A DNA stretch of 64,000 nucleotides from Octopus vulgaris (GCA_951406725.2 OX597816.1:122326001-122390000), one strand, 5' to 3'; shown: positions 13,561 through 27,604, numbered from the stretch's first letter. Program-made: numbers and translations. Notes: generated from the sequence alone by a model not told the origin.

Positions 13561-14603
13561 AATACGCATGTTGTTCTTGGAAGATAATGGAAGGTCAACG
13601 TCTACGTGAAGACAATTGTTCTTTCTTGTAAATTATTTTTTTCTTAAAGAGAATGGTTTTAATTTATTCTTCCATTTCTATAAGTTGTAAATGTTACGTT
13701 AATGATGCTGTTGATTTACATCCAGTCTCAGACAAGCGTACGTGTTCATCATAATGATAAGAAATTTAGATAATATATATTACTATTGCTGTCTGGAATC
13801 TGTGATATGAAATCACACAAATTTGTTTCGAAGATGCAGAAAACATACACATATAAATACATAATTACATAGTTATATTCTTACATATATACAGACAATC
13901 ACATGTGCGTAACATAGTGTGTGTGTGTGTACGCGCGCGCACATGTGTGTGTACGTGCGCACGCGTATGTGTGTGTAAGTGTGTGTGCAGAAGAAGGAAA
14001 GCCAGTCAATAAATTTTGTATAATTCATACCTGTAGATGATAGTTGTTGACTGTTGGAGTATCATAGACATGTAAAAGCTTTGTTTAATTATTCTGACCG
14101 TCTCCATGAATAAGGTATGTGTCAAAGGCAACTTTTTGCCATTGATTAGTCCCATTCATGAGGGCAGCACAGATATCAACCATACAATCCGCCTCAAAGT
14201 AAAGAAAAAAGGGAATCAATCTTACGAAAGACCAATTAAAACTTCCTTTCAAGATGCGTACTAATAAAGGTTCAACTATGGAGGTTATCCGATAGCTTAT
14301 AATGATGTATGTATGTATGTATGCGCGTATATATGAATATCATTTTTCAATTATTTCAAAATTTCTTGCCAATAGAGAAAGAACCGTTTTCTAACCTAGA
14401 TCTAAAGCTCCTTCATTGGGATTTCAACATCAACAACAGGTTATTTTTGCTTGTATGTATGTATGTATGTATGTATGTATGTATGTATGTATGTATGTAT
14501 GTATGTATGTATATATGTGTATATGTACGTACGTGCAGATTTGTATGTTTTATGTATGTAGTCTCATGCATATAGTTGCATATCTAGATATACTCATATA
14601 CGT

Positions 14604-15190
14604 TTAAATAATAAACTTATGGAAAGTTTCATAAATTTTTACAGTTCCAGTGATTGATTGGATTTGTAGACATCGAATTAGCTTTCTCCTTTCTGGTTTT
14701 GAGAAGCCTAATTTCTCAAGATTGGTATTTAGGCAGTGTGTTACATATCCCAGGGTCCCAATAATTACAAGTATAAACCTGAACTTCGAATCTGGATAGA
14801 GTAACTGCAGGTTTCTCAATAGTTCAGCATAGGTGTTCTCTTTTTCACTGATCTTCAGCTTTATGTTAACATCCGCTGGTCAGCTAATTTCCACAACTGT
14901 GCACAGTTTCTCTTTCTCAATGCCAAATCATTTTATCAAGTCTGTTGTGCTTACATTTTATTGAGGTCTTCACTCGTACATTCCGCCTGTATTCCTTTTT
15001 TCGGCTGTAATATTGTTTAGTAATACGTTTTGTTACAGGTGTAAGATATATTTCATCCAAACCTAGATACCTGTAACATTCCTCGTTAGATACAGGGGAA
15101 ACGGTCAAATCATTGATGGAGATGTTACTAGTCTGGTTTATATTTTTCCCCCTTTTCACAACCATATAACAACATTTATCCTGACCAACT
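14604..15190 (-). mobile_element. Dong/R4-like (restriction-like endonuclease) LINE fragment, internally deleted
   Basis: RT C-terminal 'KCCYMVVKRGK...ECYRYLGLDE' joined to the REL domain 'TVVEIS*PADVNIKLKISEKENTYAELLRNL...IIGTLG...IQSITGTVKI'. Confidence 0.8.
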
Positions 15191-15408
15191 CAGCTACGTT
15201 TTGAATGTGATGAATGCGAACAAATTTGCCTCTCTAGAGCTGGCCTTACAAGAAACCGACGCAAACATGCTGAACTTCCTGTTTGAATACCATTAATTTC
15301 TAGTAGCTAACTTTAAAAGCTATTATAGGTCCGATGGTCACGGAAAAAATCATAGAAATAAGACAACTTTTCAGCGATGGTCACATTTGTTTAATGAATA
15401 TATGCATG

Positions 15409-15467
<59 letters not shown>

Positions 15468-15498
15468 ATCTATATATCTATCTATCTATCTATCTATA

Positions 15499-15567
<69 letters not shown>

Positions 15568-15590
15568 CTTTCTCTCTCTCTCTCTCTCTC

Positions 15591-15638
<48 letters not shown>
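15409..15638. repeat. Compound (TCTA)n(TC)n(TA)n microsatellite
   Basis: Seen directly. Confidence 0.95.
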
Positions 15639-15644
<6 letters not shown>

Positions 15645-17997
15645 AATGTGTGTGTCCATATGTATATAATTCTCTAAATGGAAATACCCAATTAAATAGA
15701 GCATGTACGTGTATACATAGATATATCATGATACATTATAAAACACATAAAAATTTATATGCCATTATAAACGAATACATGAATGCTCTGATACACTGGT
15801 GGAAGCCTCAAGGACAAACAGTTGAGAACCTCACCCAATCTAAATAAAATAAATGGAAAGTAATATTATGCCGAAAGCCAAGTCAGTCCATATGCAATTG
15901 TACATATTTGTAAATCTTAATACATATGACAATAAATCTTAATGTAAAACTGCGAGTCTTTATAATACATCTGAATATAATCTGAATATGAAAAGGCTCT
16001 AGGAGAATACAGTTGCATTTATATATTTGTAGGTAATGAAGGAGAAGGTAATATTCGAATAATCAACTTTCAGCGTAGTAGAGTATAATCTGTATAGATG
16101 TATTGAGTAAAGAAATGTCAAAAGAGAACTCTCGTGATAAATAATGCACTTGTAAAAAGTAAGAAAGTAGTTAATGGTGTGTGCGTTGCTATATATGATG
16201 GGAATTTAAATGTTCTGCTATATATGTAATTTAAAATCTTTAAAAGTCTTTAATATTTTGTGCTACCACGAAAATATTCCTTCAGAATATATTTCCAGAC
16301 ATGTTCTTTAATAAATATAATTCTGAACTCTTAGTTGTGTGTATATATCAGTGCTTTATTTAAACTTTATTATCTGACACTGAAAATATTGTACAATTTC
16401 TGTTATATTACGTTTTTCGAAAGTACAAATACATCTTGGTAATGACGCAAAATTATTAATATATGTAGACGTGGGCGTATATACATTTTTGTGGTGCATT
16501 TATTAAAGATTTGTTGTACAAATGCTGTGTGGACAAGTCTTTCCTCATTACGATAAAAATGAACTTTGCAAATGAAGTAACTAAGGATAAATTAAATGTT
16601 ATACCATTTGTCGTCTATGTTCTCATCAATAAACAAAATTCCCTAGTAGGAGCTAAATCACTTAAGGAGTATCCTTGTGATATTTAAAATAATAGGTAAA
16701 TAATTTGCTTCTTAGCGGCGAAGGGATAGAATAAAATATTTTTAGTATGGTTATCAATAATATTCTTAGGGTAGTTTGAATGTTTCGGGTTGGAGTCTAT
16801 ACTTGCACCTTTTTACATAATTCAGCGCATTTACTTCTACCTTCATCACTAACCATTTGTTACTATTCTTTTGCATTAATTAACCTTTCCGCCTATCCCT
16901 CCCTATTTTCAGCCTTCATTCTCTCTTACACTCACCTTATACCTTGAGAGTATGCTACACCACCTCGTCACCTCGATTTTTATCTTCGCACTGCTACTCC
17001 CATCCACTCTTATATAATACCAGGTAGCCATATATCTCTCCTACAGCAAGACACTTGTGCCTGTTTCTCATGCATTAGCCTGTCTACACCTGGCAAAAAT
17101 CCAACTCCCTTTCAACTACAAACCCACTCAGGTGATAAGCCTTTTTAAAGTTTTTCTTTGTCGTGCAACTTCACTAGTGCCAGAGTCATGGACAACGCAG
17201 CCAGTACACGCTTTAAAGTAGTTGTTAAGGTGGGCATCAAGCCAGACCAAGGAAAACATTAGATCCCTATGCTGTCGTCCTCTTGCTGGACCCTGTTTCA
17301 GCCATGCCAGTATAGAAGGTAGAAGTTAAAAATGATGGCAATGATGATAATATAAATCATATTATGTTACATTATGGGGGTTGCGAGATTATCAGGTGCA
17401 GATTGCATCGAATAATCAGCTGGAGGAGGAATCCTCCTGGGGTTAAAATGGTAGTAACGCCGGTTCCTACGGAGCAGCCATGCTGCAGTATAGTTGATGC
17501 TTTCATCTCTTGTTGAAAAGATTGCAAGACGCAACGAAAATGTTTGGAAAATCAAAATAAGAGATAAATGGAAATTTTACCGGTGAGTGTGTTAAATTAT
17601 AAGGCAAAAAAGAAAATGACTCTCCCCAGACACAATAAAATATTAGATAACATCATATTAATATTACAAAATTGTATAATTTGGGTGACGTAATAAAAGA
17701 GTTTTCTAAATAAATTTCTTCCATGTAACTCTTCTGAATTCTAGCCGTTATTATCCAAAGTGTATACCCCACGAGACTTTAAACTTTATGAATATACAAT
17801 TTTACCATTCTAAATATATAATAATGTATCAAGTCAGAAATATTTGAATTAAAATTTTGTTAGTGCAAAAATTTTTAACGATAATGCATCCTATTATAAT
17901 TATTATATAAGGTGAATACAAATGATGAAAATATAAAATATATTCATAATACTAAATTCAGGATATTTAACATGACTGCTATTTCTCAGAATACTAA

Positions 17998-18253
17998 TAA
18001 TAACTGCACCCTTTTAAAGCCTAGCCGGGCTCATGGGCCCGGTTTCCCGGTTTCAATGGCGTATGTGTTCCCCAGCTGGACAGAACACCAGTCCATCACA
18101 GCGTTACTCATTTTCGGCAGCTGAGTGGACTGGAGCAACGTGAAATGAAGTGTTTTGCTCAAGGACACAACACGTCGCCCGGTCCAGGAATCGAAACCAC
18201 AATCTTACGATCATGATGCTGACACCCTAACCACTAAGCCACGCGCCTCCACT
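17998..18253 (-). mobile_element. tRNA-derived SINE, family C, near full length with TSD
   Basis: Minus-strand head GGAGGCGCGTGGCTTAGTGG...GTTTCGATTCC (box A/B); 9-bp direct repeat GAATACTAA at 17989-17997 and 18254-18262. Confidence 0.85.
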
Positions 18254-18894
18254 GAATACTAACACGATTTCTTATTATATACCTTTATCAATAGAATCAT
18301 GACAAATACATCGATAATTACAGACAAACTGTTTAATTCTAAATCTCTAACTAAAATGCCTAATAATACATTTGACAATAATCTCAATAATATTGTACGG
18401 AAAAAAGTAAACACGCTAATATATAAGAAACTGTGTATTAGTGAAATAGACTCGTTGTCGTTATATGCCATTAATGTTAATACTTCTAAATATAAAACTA
18501 AAAGAGAAATGTCATCGTGTACTTACGAACTTATCGTAGTTCTGAAAATACTTTTGTTAATAATAAAACAATAATGAATAATGATAAAATGATAAAATCT
18601 CTTAATCTAAATAATGTTGATAGACTTTAAAAAATAACAACTTACCATCTGAAATAGATAAATATGCTTATTGGATTTCAAAGAACAATACTTATCGAGT
18701 CCTTGTGCTTCTTAAAATCATATTATGCAGTGTATTGATAACACCATATCCATTATCTGCCTCAGGAGTCTGGGTGGTGCCCACTGGATAATGTGTAAAG
18801 ACATCAGATACCAAAGAAACATTTACAGGGTAATAATAATAATAATGTTGATGATGATGATGATGACGACGACGACAGCTGCAGCAACAAAAAC

Positions 18895-19275
18895 AGCAAT
18901 GAAAGGAGTTGCAGCAAAATTTGTGCCTCGCTTCCTCACGGAAGATCAAAGTCAGTCACGATTAAATGCGTGTCGTGTACGGAAAAAACAAATGGAGGTT
19001 GATCCGAACCTTTTTTCGAAGGTCAGCACTAGTGACAAAAGCTGGTGCTACGAAATTTGCAGATTTGGAAGAGGTGAAGGGAAAACGACGGAGGTGTTAA
19101 AAGTCATCATTTCGCAAGAGTTCCAACACTGCTACGAACAGTGGAAAACGTGCCTGGACCGATACATTGCTTCAAACTGAAGAATTCTTTGGAGCTAATA
19201 AAAGCATAAATATTTAAAATTAAGTGAATAAAATAGTATTGCAAAATTCCGGTTTCTTTTAGGAACCTCTCCTAT
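18895..19275 (+). mobile_element. mariner transposase relic (internally deleted) with 3' TIR remnant
   Basis: AAKFVPRFLTEDQ...SKVSTSDKSWCYE (WVPxxL and TGDExW-like motifs) fused to the C-terminal FQHCYEQWKTCLDRYIASN. Confidence 0.85.
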
Positions 19276-19394
19276 ACTCAGAAAAACATTGCTTAGTGGG
19301 GTATAACAAAAATGTTACAAAACCATCGTTGTTTCAGGTGAGAATAACAGGTAGAACCATGACAGCTATTAGAGTAGAGCCAAAGAGTACAAGA

Positions 19395-20200
19395 AAAATT
19401 GAATGGTAAAATATGTAAGGGCAGTTTGCAACAGGTAAGAACAGAAATACAGATGATGATGGCTCTTGTTAAAGAAGGTTTAAAGCAGGACACAGAAATA
19501 CATACCTGTGCTGCGCAGAAACAAGCACTTAGGACAAATTACATCAAATGCAGGATTGATCATGCAACATAAGGTGATAAGATTCAGGTTGTGCAGTGAT
19601 AAAGGAGAGATTGTCTGGTATGGTGTGCATAAGTGAATGAATCTGTTCTAAAAAGAATAGAAAGATAAATATAACAATGTCTTAAGAATGAGTTATTGGG
19701 AGATGTGTGGCTAGTATGGACTCAACAGAGCAAAAACATGGCATGGCGAAAACTCAGAAGGAGTAACCAAGGATGACATGATAAAGATACTGTGGGATGT
19801 AATGATTCAATATGATCATGAAAGCGAACAGGGAAAGCCGGATATCGCAGTTGTGAAGAAAGAATAAAGAAAACCCTGTTTAATTATAAATATTGCATGT
19901 CCAGATGATGCTAGGTTATCGGAAAGAGAAATCAAACAGGTCAGCTACAATGATTTGAAGTGGGAGATAAAAATACTGTAGCCGTTGAAGAAGGAGAGTA
20001 CTGTACATGTGGCTGTTGAAGTCGTTCTAATATAAGTACCAAGTTAGAAAAGCTGGATTGAAAAGTCAGATTAAATATGAAGTTTGAGTATCTAGAGAAA
20101 ACAGAGTTGGTTGGAACTGCACAAATTCCACACATTGTTCTCAAAATCTGAATAATGTATATTACCTTAGTCCTTTGGGTGTGGGCAGCTGACACGTTGT
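19395..20200 (+). mobile_element. Dong/R4-like LINE 3' fragment
   Basis: Degenerate CAAQKQALRTNYIK, zinc-knuckle region, and KILWDVMIQYDHESEQGKPDIAVV...CLIINIACPDD REL motif. Confidence 0.85.
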
Positions 20201-20447
20201 AACGTCCTCCAATGGTGTTGCTGTTTTATAGAACAACAGTAGCTGTAGTTGTAGCAACAACAATAACATTTATTGTCAAAAGGCCAGCAGTTTTGAAGGA
20301 GCGGCTAAGTCCGGGCGGATGAGAGGCGAAGTCGACCTCGGTGGCACTTGAAATAAATAATGGTTTAAAGTTTTCGCACAAGGTCAGCAAATTCAGGTAC
20401 CCATTTTATCCATCCCAAAAGGATGAAAGGCGAAAGAAAGAAAAGAA

Positions 20448-20478
<31 letters not shown>

Positions 20479-20490
20479 ATGATGATGATA

Positions 20491-20528
<38 letters not shown>

Positions 20529-20566
20529 AAGGATGATAATGGTGATGCTCATGAAGAGGAAGATGA
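20448..20566. repeat. (GAT)n microsatellite
   Basis: Seen directly. Confidence 0.95.
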
Positions 20567-20785
20567 ATAAAAAAAATTGTTAGTTTTTGATCAAACTTTC
20601 AATTCAGAGTTAGTGGGCGTCTCTTGTTTATGCAAACTAGCCTTTGGGGAGTTAAATATTTGTCGTCATATTAATATTTATGACGCGTGTAGGCGGTATG
20701 TTAATCGCATCCGTATGCTCCGATATATATATCGCTTCTATAATCAATCATGTACAATAGAAAACAAAATATCTCAGACAAACAA

Positions 20786-21000
20786 GGCGGTGAGCTTGTA
20801 GAAATGCTAGCAGGTTGGGCGAAATGCTTAGCGGTATTTTGTCTGTCTTAACGTTCCGAGTTCTAATTCCGCCGAGATCGACTTTGCCTTTCATCCTTTC
20901 AGGGTCGATAATTTAAGTATTAGTTGCGTACTGGGGTCGATCTAATCTACTGGCCCTCTCCCCCAAAATTTCGTGCCTTGTACCTAGAGTAGAAAAGAAT
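20786..21000 (+). mobile_element. SINE family B
   Basis: Head and body match 8367. Confidence 0.8.
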
Positions 21001-21094
21001 ATCATTAAACAAACATATACGCATTAGATATACAGGAGATGTATTAGTTGTACTGGACACGTCAGAAGATATCGAGAAATTAAAGAAGGATGAG

Positions 21095-21680
21095 AAGGTG
21101 CGTGGCCCAGTCGTTATAATGTTACACTCTCGATCACAAGATTGTGGTTTCGATTCTCAGATTGTGATTTATGTTCTTTAGTAAATCACTTCATTTCAAA
21201 TTTCTCCAGTTTATTCAGATGTAAATGTGTAACCTTGCGATGGATTTCAGTTACAGAGTGAGGTGGTGAAGCAGGAAAATCACCTGAAAGGAGGTCACGC
21301 GAACCACGTTTTGCATTCAGTGATCATAAAGAAGAATAGTACCAAACGATGTTACCTTCTGGAGTTATGCCAACTCATAAGGGCCGGTTTCCTGGTTTTA
21401 TGGTGTATATATTCCTCACCTGGATGGGACGTTGGTTCGTCCTATGATTACTAATTTTTCTTGCTGAAGGGACTAGAGCAACGTGAAATGATGTGTTTTG
21501 TGCAAGAATACAACACATCGCACGGTCCGGAAATCGAAGCCACAATCTTATGATCATGAGTCCAATATTCTAACCATTAAGCTACATGCCTTCATGAATA
21601 GTAGAAAAAAGTTGCCTTATCGAGTCATACCGACTCACAAGGGCCGGTTTTCTAATTTCATGGCGTATATATCCCAATTG
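21095..21680. mobile_element. Cluster of SINE family C fragments (head on + at 21095; reverse copy 21375-21593)
   Basis: Similar to 17998-18253. Confidence 0.65.
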
Positions 21681-21744
21681 TACCACCTATACAGTGAATC
21701 CTGACTGGTTGGGATTGGCTGTTAAGCTACATCTAAGGTAAGTT

Positions 21745-22850
21745 AATCAAAAGAGGGACCTAGAGAAAAAAATCAGTACTAAAACTTAACAGCCAGAACA
21801 TTACGATCAGGGCTCCATCTCTAAACCTAAACCTTCAGATGAAGACAATAGATGCATTTCGTTAGTATGTTACATAAACACGAAAACTGCATATACTTAC
21901 ATAGAGACAGCAAATGTCCACGCAACTGCAAAATGTCTGCGTTAGAATCATTACTAAGGACAGCATTCAGATTCTCTTCCACAAATGAGATAGAAAGCAT
22001 AAATACAATGTGACAAATACCTTAGATAGTACTTTGATTAAAAATGCCTTGTTAAGCACAACCCGTACTATATTCATTAAATATATGATAGGCATAGGAA
22101 CAAATACTCAAAATCTCATACAATAGGTCATAAAATCTCATACAATAGGTCATAAAATGCATCACACGAAGCCATAAACTGATATTAAAACAAAAGGATC
22201 AAAATCTTGTTAATAACACTATACAACTATTACACAGATAAGAGAAAAATTTATAAATTCTGCTACAATACTGAAAGTAACAAACTTCATGATATTAACT
22301 GTTCGACATATGCAATGCTCATGTGTGGGCTCATTTCTATTTACAAGAAGTAATAATTGTAACATACCACAATGCACATACATAGAACAAAGCTAAATAA
22401 AATGTTAACAGAAAATACAGCCATACTTTGTAGAATTCGACGACAGAGATATAAGCGACTGATTGCAACACAAGGCTACTGTTAACATAACGACATATAC
22501 ACACATAAGAAATACAAATTTAATGACGTAAAACTATATCACTCAAACGGCCAATTTTGGCAGAAGTCTGCATACACATAAATCGCCCATTATATTAAGA
22601 GGATACAGAAGCCAACGCCGCTTCATGAAGCTCTGGGATGAGGTAGCGTGAAAAATGTTGAGAAAATGAATTTGGTAACTTTGTCCTTCCGACAAGCTAA
22701 TTCCAATGTATATATAAAGCATTATAGGAAACTTAAATACTTTTGATATGTTTTGAAGAAGAGGCAACTCCTTTTACTCATGCTGGCTCTCCAAGACAGC
22801 GAATTGTTGCCTTAAACGATACACCAACACTGTTCCAGCCAGCGACAGCA
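21745..22850 (+). mobile_element. Possible highly degenerate LINE RT remnant
   Basis: A-rich strand with faint IKRG and KYL echoes; no clean motif. Confidence 0.2.
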
Positions 22851-24244
22851 GAAAGAACATGTTAAGGGAGAAAATTCAGTAAATCTAAGGCCCAACGTTC
22901 TGAGACGAACTAGCTATTACGATTAGTGCGTTGACGGGGGCAGTGGTGGACAAAATATGGGCACAAAACGGAGGAGTGACAAGTAAATAGTGTATGCTTG
23001 AAGGGAGGTAGTACAAGTTCTGAGCAGACCCCGTTTTTGTAGCGGTGGAAAAGGCAAGGAGAGGAAAGAAAACAATAGCGTATTAGATACTGAAGATTTT
23101 CATGAGAGAGTTTGTTACTTAATAGTGTGGTGCATCTCAGAAGATAGTCCAGAATATGTGAGTATGTAACATCAGCAGTGTTACAAGACTCACTTGTGGC
23201 TTTCTCCTGGGGCTAAGTCGTAGTTATGTTTTGTGGAATAGAAGAGCCAGTCTTTAAATTACAGTTTGAGCTATATTAAGGATGTGTGATCTCCATGAAA
23301 GATTTACTATGATTGTTATAACTCCGCTTTGAACTGATCGTGGGGGTTCAATTTTGTCATGACCTTGTCCTCGCGAAAGAGTGGCGATTGCAATGATATT
23401 TTCTTGAAATGAAAAGTCTTTGTCTCTTTTATGTGGCTGAAAGAGTCAAGATCGGCATGATCTTATCAGAGACGTTGTTCTTACCGGAGAAGTTGTATCA
23501 ATGACTAAGGATCTAGTAAATGTATGTAATATGAAGTTAGAAGCAACAAAGTTAGAATTGTTCTTTGCAGGAGTATTTCTTACTCAGTCAACATTGTTGC
23601 GAAATAAAAGTAAGGAGTATTCAACAAAATCAGTGGAGAATCTTTTTTGCAGGGGACCAGAAATAATGGTGCAGTTTAAAAGCGCGAGAACTTGGAGATT
23701 GCGTGATGCACGGCAGTATCCTTCGTGCTTCAGGTGGTAGTTTTGCAAGAATTCCGGTTTAGCCAGTATTGTTGGGTGGGTGATTTTTTTTCAATCTTTG
23801 TAGATTTTGTTTATTACTTAAATTCCTAAGGGAACCATCTGGGCACTCGAGGCATTGGGTGTTTTTATGAGTACAAAATGTAGAAGTGCATACCTAAGAA
23901 GATGGTGTTAGTCACATATTTAGCCGTTTCTGATGAGACAAGAATGAAGCGCAAGTAGGTAGTCATAATAAGACAGCCCCCGAACGATCTGGAAAGTGCG
24001 TGAGATGTTATGAGATTTCTGATTATATATATATATATATATGATCAGATTGAAAGGAGAATAACTCCCTGTACAGAACGACAAATTAGCGCTCTAATTA
24101 ATAGAGCAGCATGAAATATAAAGATTAATAGAAAGAGAGCAAACTCCAGGTGTCAGAGTTAATTTCATCAATATATATATATTGACGAAATGAACTCTGA
24201 CTCCTGAAATGTGTTCTCTTTCTATCAATTTTTGTATATATATT

Positions 24245-26030
24245 TGTCCGTAGCACCTTCTCTTCCCCCTGCAACTCCACCCGGATCGTTCTCTTGCTCT
24301 AGATCCCGCTGGCACACCTGACCTTTAATCACCAGCACCACCTCCCTCACTGGATCTAACCAGCACATTCTCCACATGAGAAACTCCTTCTCTTGCATCA
24401 CTTCAATCCTTATCTATTGATTTAGATGTAATGTTTGCAATAAACTCTACGTTGGTCAGACCGGTTCATCGAACATCTAGATGTTCGGCTACGCACAAAC
24501 ACCCCCGTCGCTCGTCATTTCCACTTGGCCAACCACTCCACCTCTAATATCTCCGTTTTTGGCCTCGTCCTGCACCACGGAACCACACACACCAGACTCC
24601 GCCTGGAACAACGTTACATTTTCAGTCAACAAACACAAACTCCTTTCGGACTCAACACAACCTCCTCCTCTTAACGACTGTCTTCACACTCTCCTTAAAA
24701 AAACCCATCTTTTTATTTTATGTTATTTTATTTTATCTTATTTTATCCTCTCTTATACCCACTTACATTTTTACAATGACACCTTTACTTCTTTTTCTCA
24801 TCGTTTTTTTCTGTCGAATTTTTTAATCTTTTAATTTTTAAAATAAAAAAAAAATTAACTTTTTAGGTGTACTAATCTTTTTATAATTGCATTAATTTCT
24901 ATTTTATTCCTTTAATTTTAATTTTTTAAAATTTATTTTATTCCTTTTTTATTTTTATTTTATTTTGTTATTTTTATTTTGTCTGCTATTTTTCGTATTT
25001 TTATTCATTTTTTATTTTTATATTTGTACCCTTCCCTTTTGCTCTTGTATTATCCCCATGTACACACAGACATATACACACGTACCACACACACAACCCC
25101 ACGTGCACACACACTTATACACATGCAGACAGATACACACACATACGCACACGCACACGCACATGAACGCACACATATCTCCCACACTCACAACACAACT
25201 CATACACGCACACAATTATACATACATGGAGATACACACATGCACATCCACACACAGACATCCACGCACACACACAGGCGCCCGCACACACACAGGCGCA
25301 CGCACACACATACAGGAACACACATATAACTCCACACACACAACCCCCCATACACAACCCCCCCACACACAACCCTACGCACATACACACACGCACATAC
25401 ACACACGCACATACATACACGCACATACAAACACGTACGCACACACGCACACGTACTCACACACGCACACATACCACGCACACACTGATGCTTGCACACA
25501 CTGCACACAAAACACACACACAGCATATACATGCACGCACACACATACATGCACACGCACACAAACTTCAAACTGCCAGTCAAACAACTTTCTACTGACC
25601 CACATGTGAAGAGGCACACAACTACACAAAGGACCACCACTCCTGTTACCACGCTGCTGAAGTATTCCTACAACATTAAGAGACACGAAGTTCACTCACA
25701 CATACACATATAAACAGCCAACACCACACAAATACCACATACGCACACATACACACATACACAGACTTGCGCGCACATACATACACACATACACGCACAC
25801 ACCTCCTTCTCTTACACTCTCCTATCTTAGAAAGAACTTTTTCTTTACCTTTTCATTTCCGGTCATTTCAAAATGTAACCACATGTCAATCATTGGTGAT
25901 GTTTTTTTTCCTCCACATTCCTTTTCTATTAGACATACCTTTGTCTCCTGTTCCTGGAGAAGAGTTTTGCTCGAAACGTAAAACCACCTTTCTTTCCTTC
26001 CCTGAGCGTCTGCTAATACTTTACGTGTAC
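24245..26030 (+). mobile_element. Penelope-like element 3' part: degenerate GIY-YIG, (CA)-rich tract and pseudo-LTR
   Basis: 24270-24690 translates to PPGSFSCSRSR...RNSFSCITSILIY*FRCNVCNKLYVGQTG...TPVARHF...GLN. A hammerhead-like CTGGAGAAGAG...CTCGAAACGTA lies at 25954-25980. Confidence 0.8.
25055..25802. repeat. Imperfect (CA)-rich low-complexity tract
   Basis: Seen directly; source of the HT/CV-repeat ORFs. Confidence 0.9.
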
Positions 26031-26318
26031 CACAGACTTATACTTTGTAAGCCTAGTACTTATTCTAACAGGCTCTTTTGCCGAACCGCTAAGGTACGAG
26101 GACGTGAATGCACCAACATCGGTCGTCAAGCAATGGTGGGTGGGAACAAACACAAACACACACACACACATATATACGACGGGTTTATTTCAATTTCCGT
26201 CTACCAAATCCACTCACAAAGCTTTGGTCGGTCCCAGGCTATAGTAGTTGCCACGCAGTGGGACTGAACCCGGATCCATGTGGTTGGTAAGCAAGATACT
26301 TACCACACAGCCACTCCT
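26030..26318 (-). mobile_element. SINE family A
   Basis: Reverse complement of 9472-9760. Confidence 0.8.
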
Positions 26319-26361
26319 ATATATGTATATATATATTATGTATGTATGTATTATATATGTA

Positions 26362-26418
<57 letters not shown>

Positions 26419-26446
26419 GCCACTTTTATGTTAAAACGGGATCACA

Positions 26447-27604
26447 TGTGGTCGTGTCATATAGAAAATACAATCGCACGCGATCCCATTCTTGTTGAGT
26501 TAGACAAACCATTTATACATGCAGCACAATAGAACATAAGGGATTGACAACAAGTCACTGTTTGAGAGGCAAGATAAGATTTTATTTACAATGAAGTTAA
26601 GGTTGGAAGTGTATGGGAGCATGCAACACGTGTTTGTGTCTGTGTGTTAGTGTGTGACAGAACAATGAATGTGGTTGACATAGAAAAGTACCTGATGGTG
26701 GAAGATAGCAGTATTTGGGTGTTGAGCGTACATTGGCATAGTGGTTAAGGAACCATTGTATCATTTTGTTGTTTAGCGCTGTCTCTGAAGCTAGTTCTTA
26801 CAAGAACTAAAGACAGGTAATTGATTTACTGTTTATGACGTACACGAGGTGTAATAGTTCAATATCAAGATGTTGTGTCTCGGAGCTGACATCTGTTGAA
26901 TCGCTTGTTGCGTTTATCTTTCTCTTGATATGAATATACTCCAGATATGTTAACAGTAGCCGTTTTTTCCGTGGTGAGATTTCACCTAACCGCTATAGTT
27001 GAATCTGTGATAGTCTTGTGTACTATTTAAAACTTCGTAGCTAGGGACGATGTTTGCTTGGTTTTTGTTCCTCTTGATGTAGATTCCTGCAACTGTTTTC
27101 CGTGGTGTGGTTTTCACACAAACAGTATGAGTTGGTTTTGTAGCCATCTTATGTACGAGCTAAATCTTCGTAGGTAGCGACGGAGTTGGTGATGCCGTTA
27201 TGTCTGGTTATATGGTCTCCGACCAGGACCTTAGAAGGTCTTAAGCCGACAGACGAGCTCTGTGGTCAGAGGTTTAGCTCTGAAAAAAACTAAAAGCCTA
27301 AGACGAATATTTGTCTGAAAGCTCTCCTTTTTATATTGTTTGGCCGGCTCAAACGAACCTCAGAAATGGGATCTTAATCCAAGGCTGTGATTGGCTGTTT
27401 AGCGACAGTGGCGCGAAAATAAGTTGAGACAATTCGTGTCACGTGGCGCGGACTATGTAGAGACCACATGTCAACTGCCAACCAATCAGCTTAGTGTTTA
27501 CAACAGCGTCAAACCAGCCAAAGATGTTTGTTATCTCAAACGAGATCATTCTTTTTACTCTTCTCAAACAGTGAAGATAGCAATGAGAGAACGATATTGC
27601 TACA
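26447..27604 (-). mobile_element. Possible solo LTR
   Basis: Higher-GC non-coding block with TG...CA ends. The minus strand has a TATA-like CAATATAAAAAGGAG near 27335 and a downstream AATAAA near 26585. No convincing TSD. Confidence 0.3.

Noticed and set aside
18180-18253. tRNA gene (also the other tRNA-like heads)
   Set aside because: Box A/B heads run into shared SINE bodies and no full cloverleaf is evident
22110-22158. 22-bp tandem duplication (similar 44433-44466)
   Set aside because: Ordinary slippage duplications
22920-23950. Possible Penelope RT remnant on the minus strand (KNHPPNNTG, like KIHKPNNPG)
   Set aside because: Only one degenerate motif found
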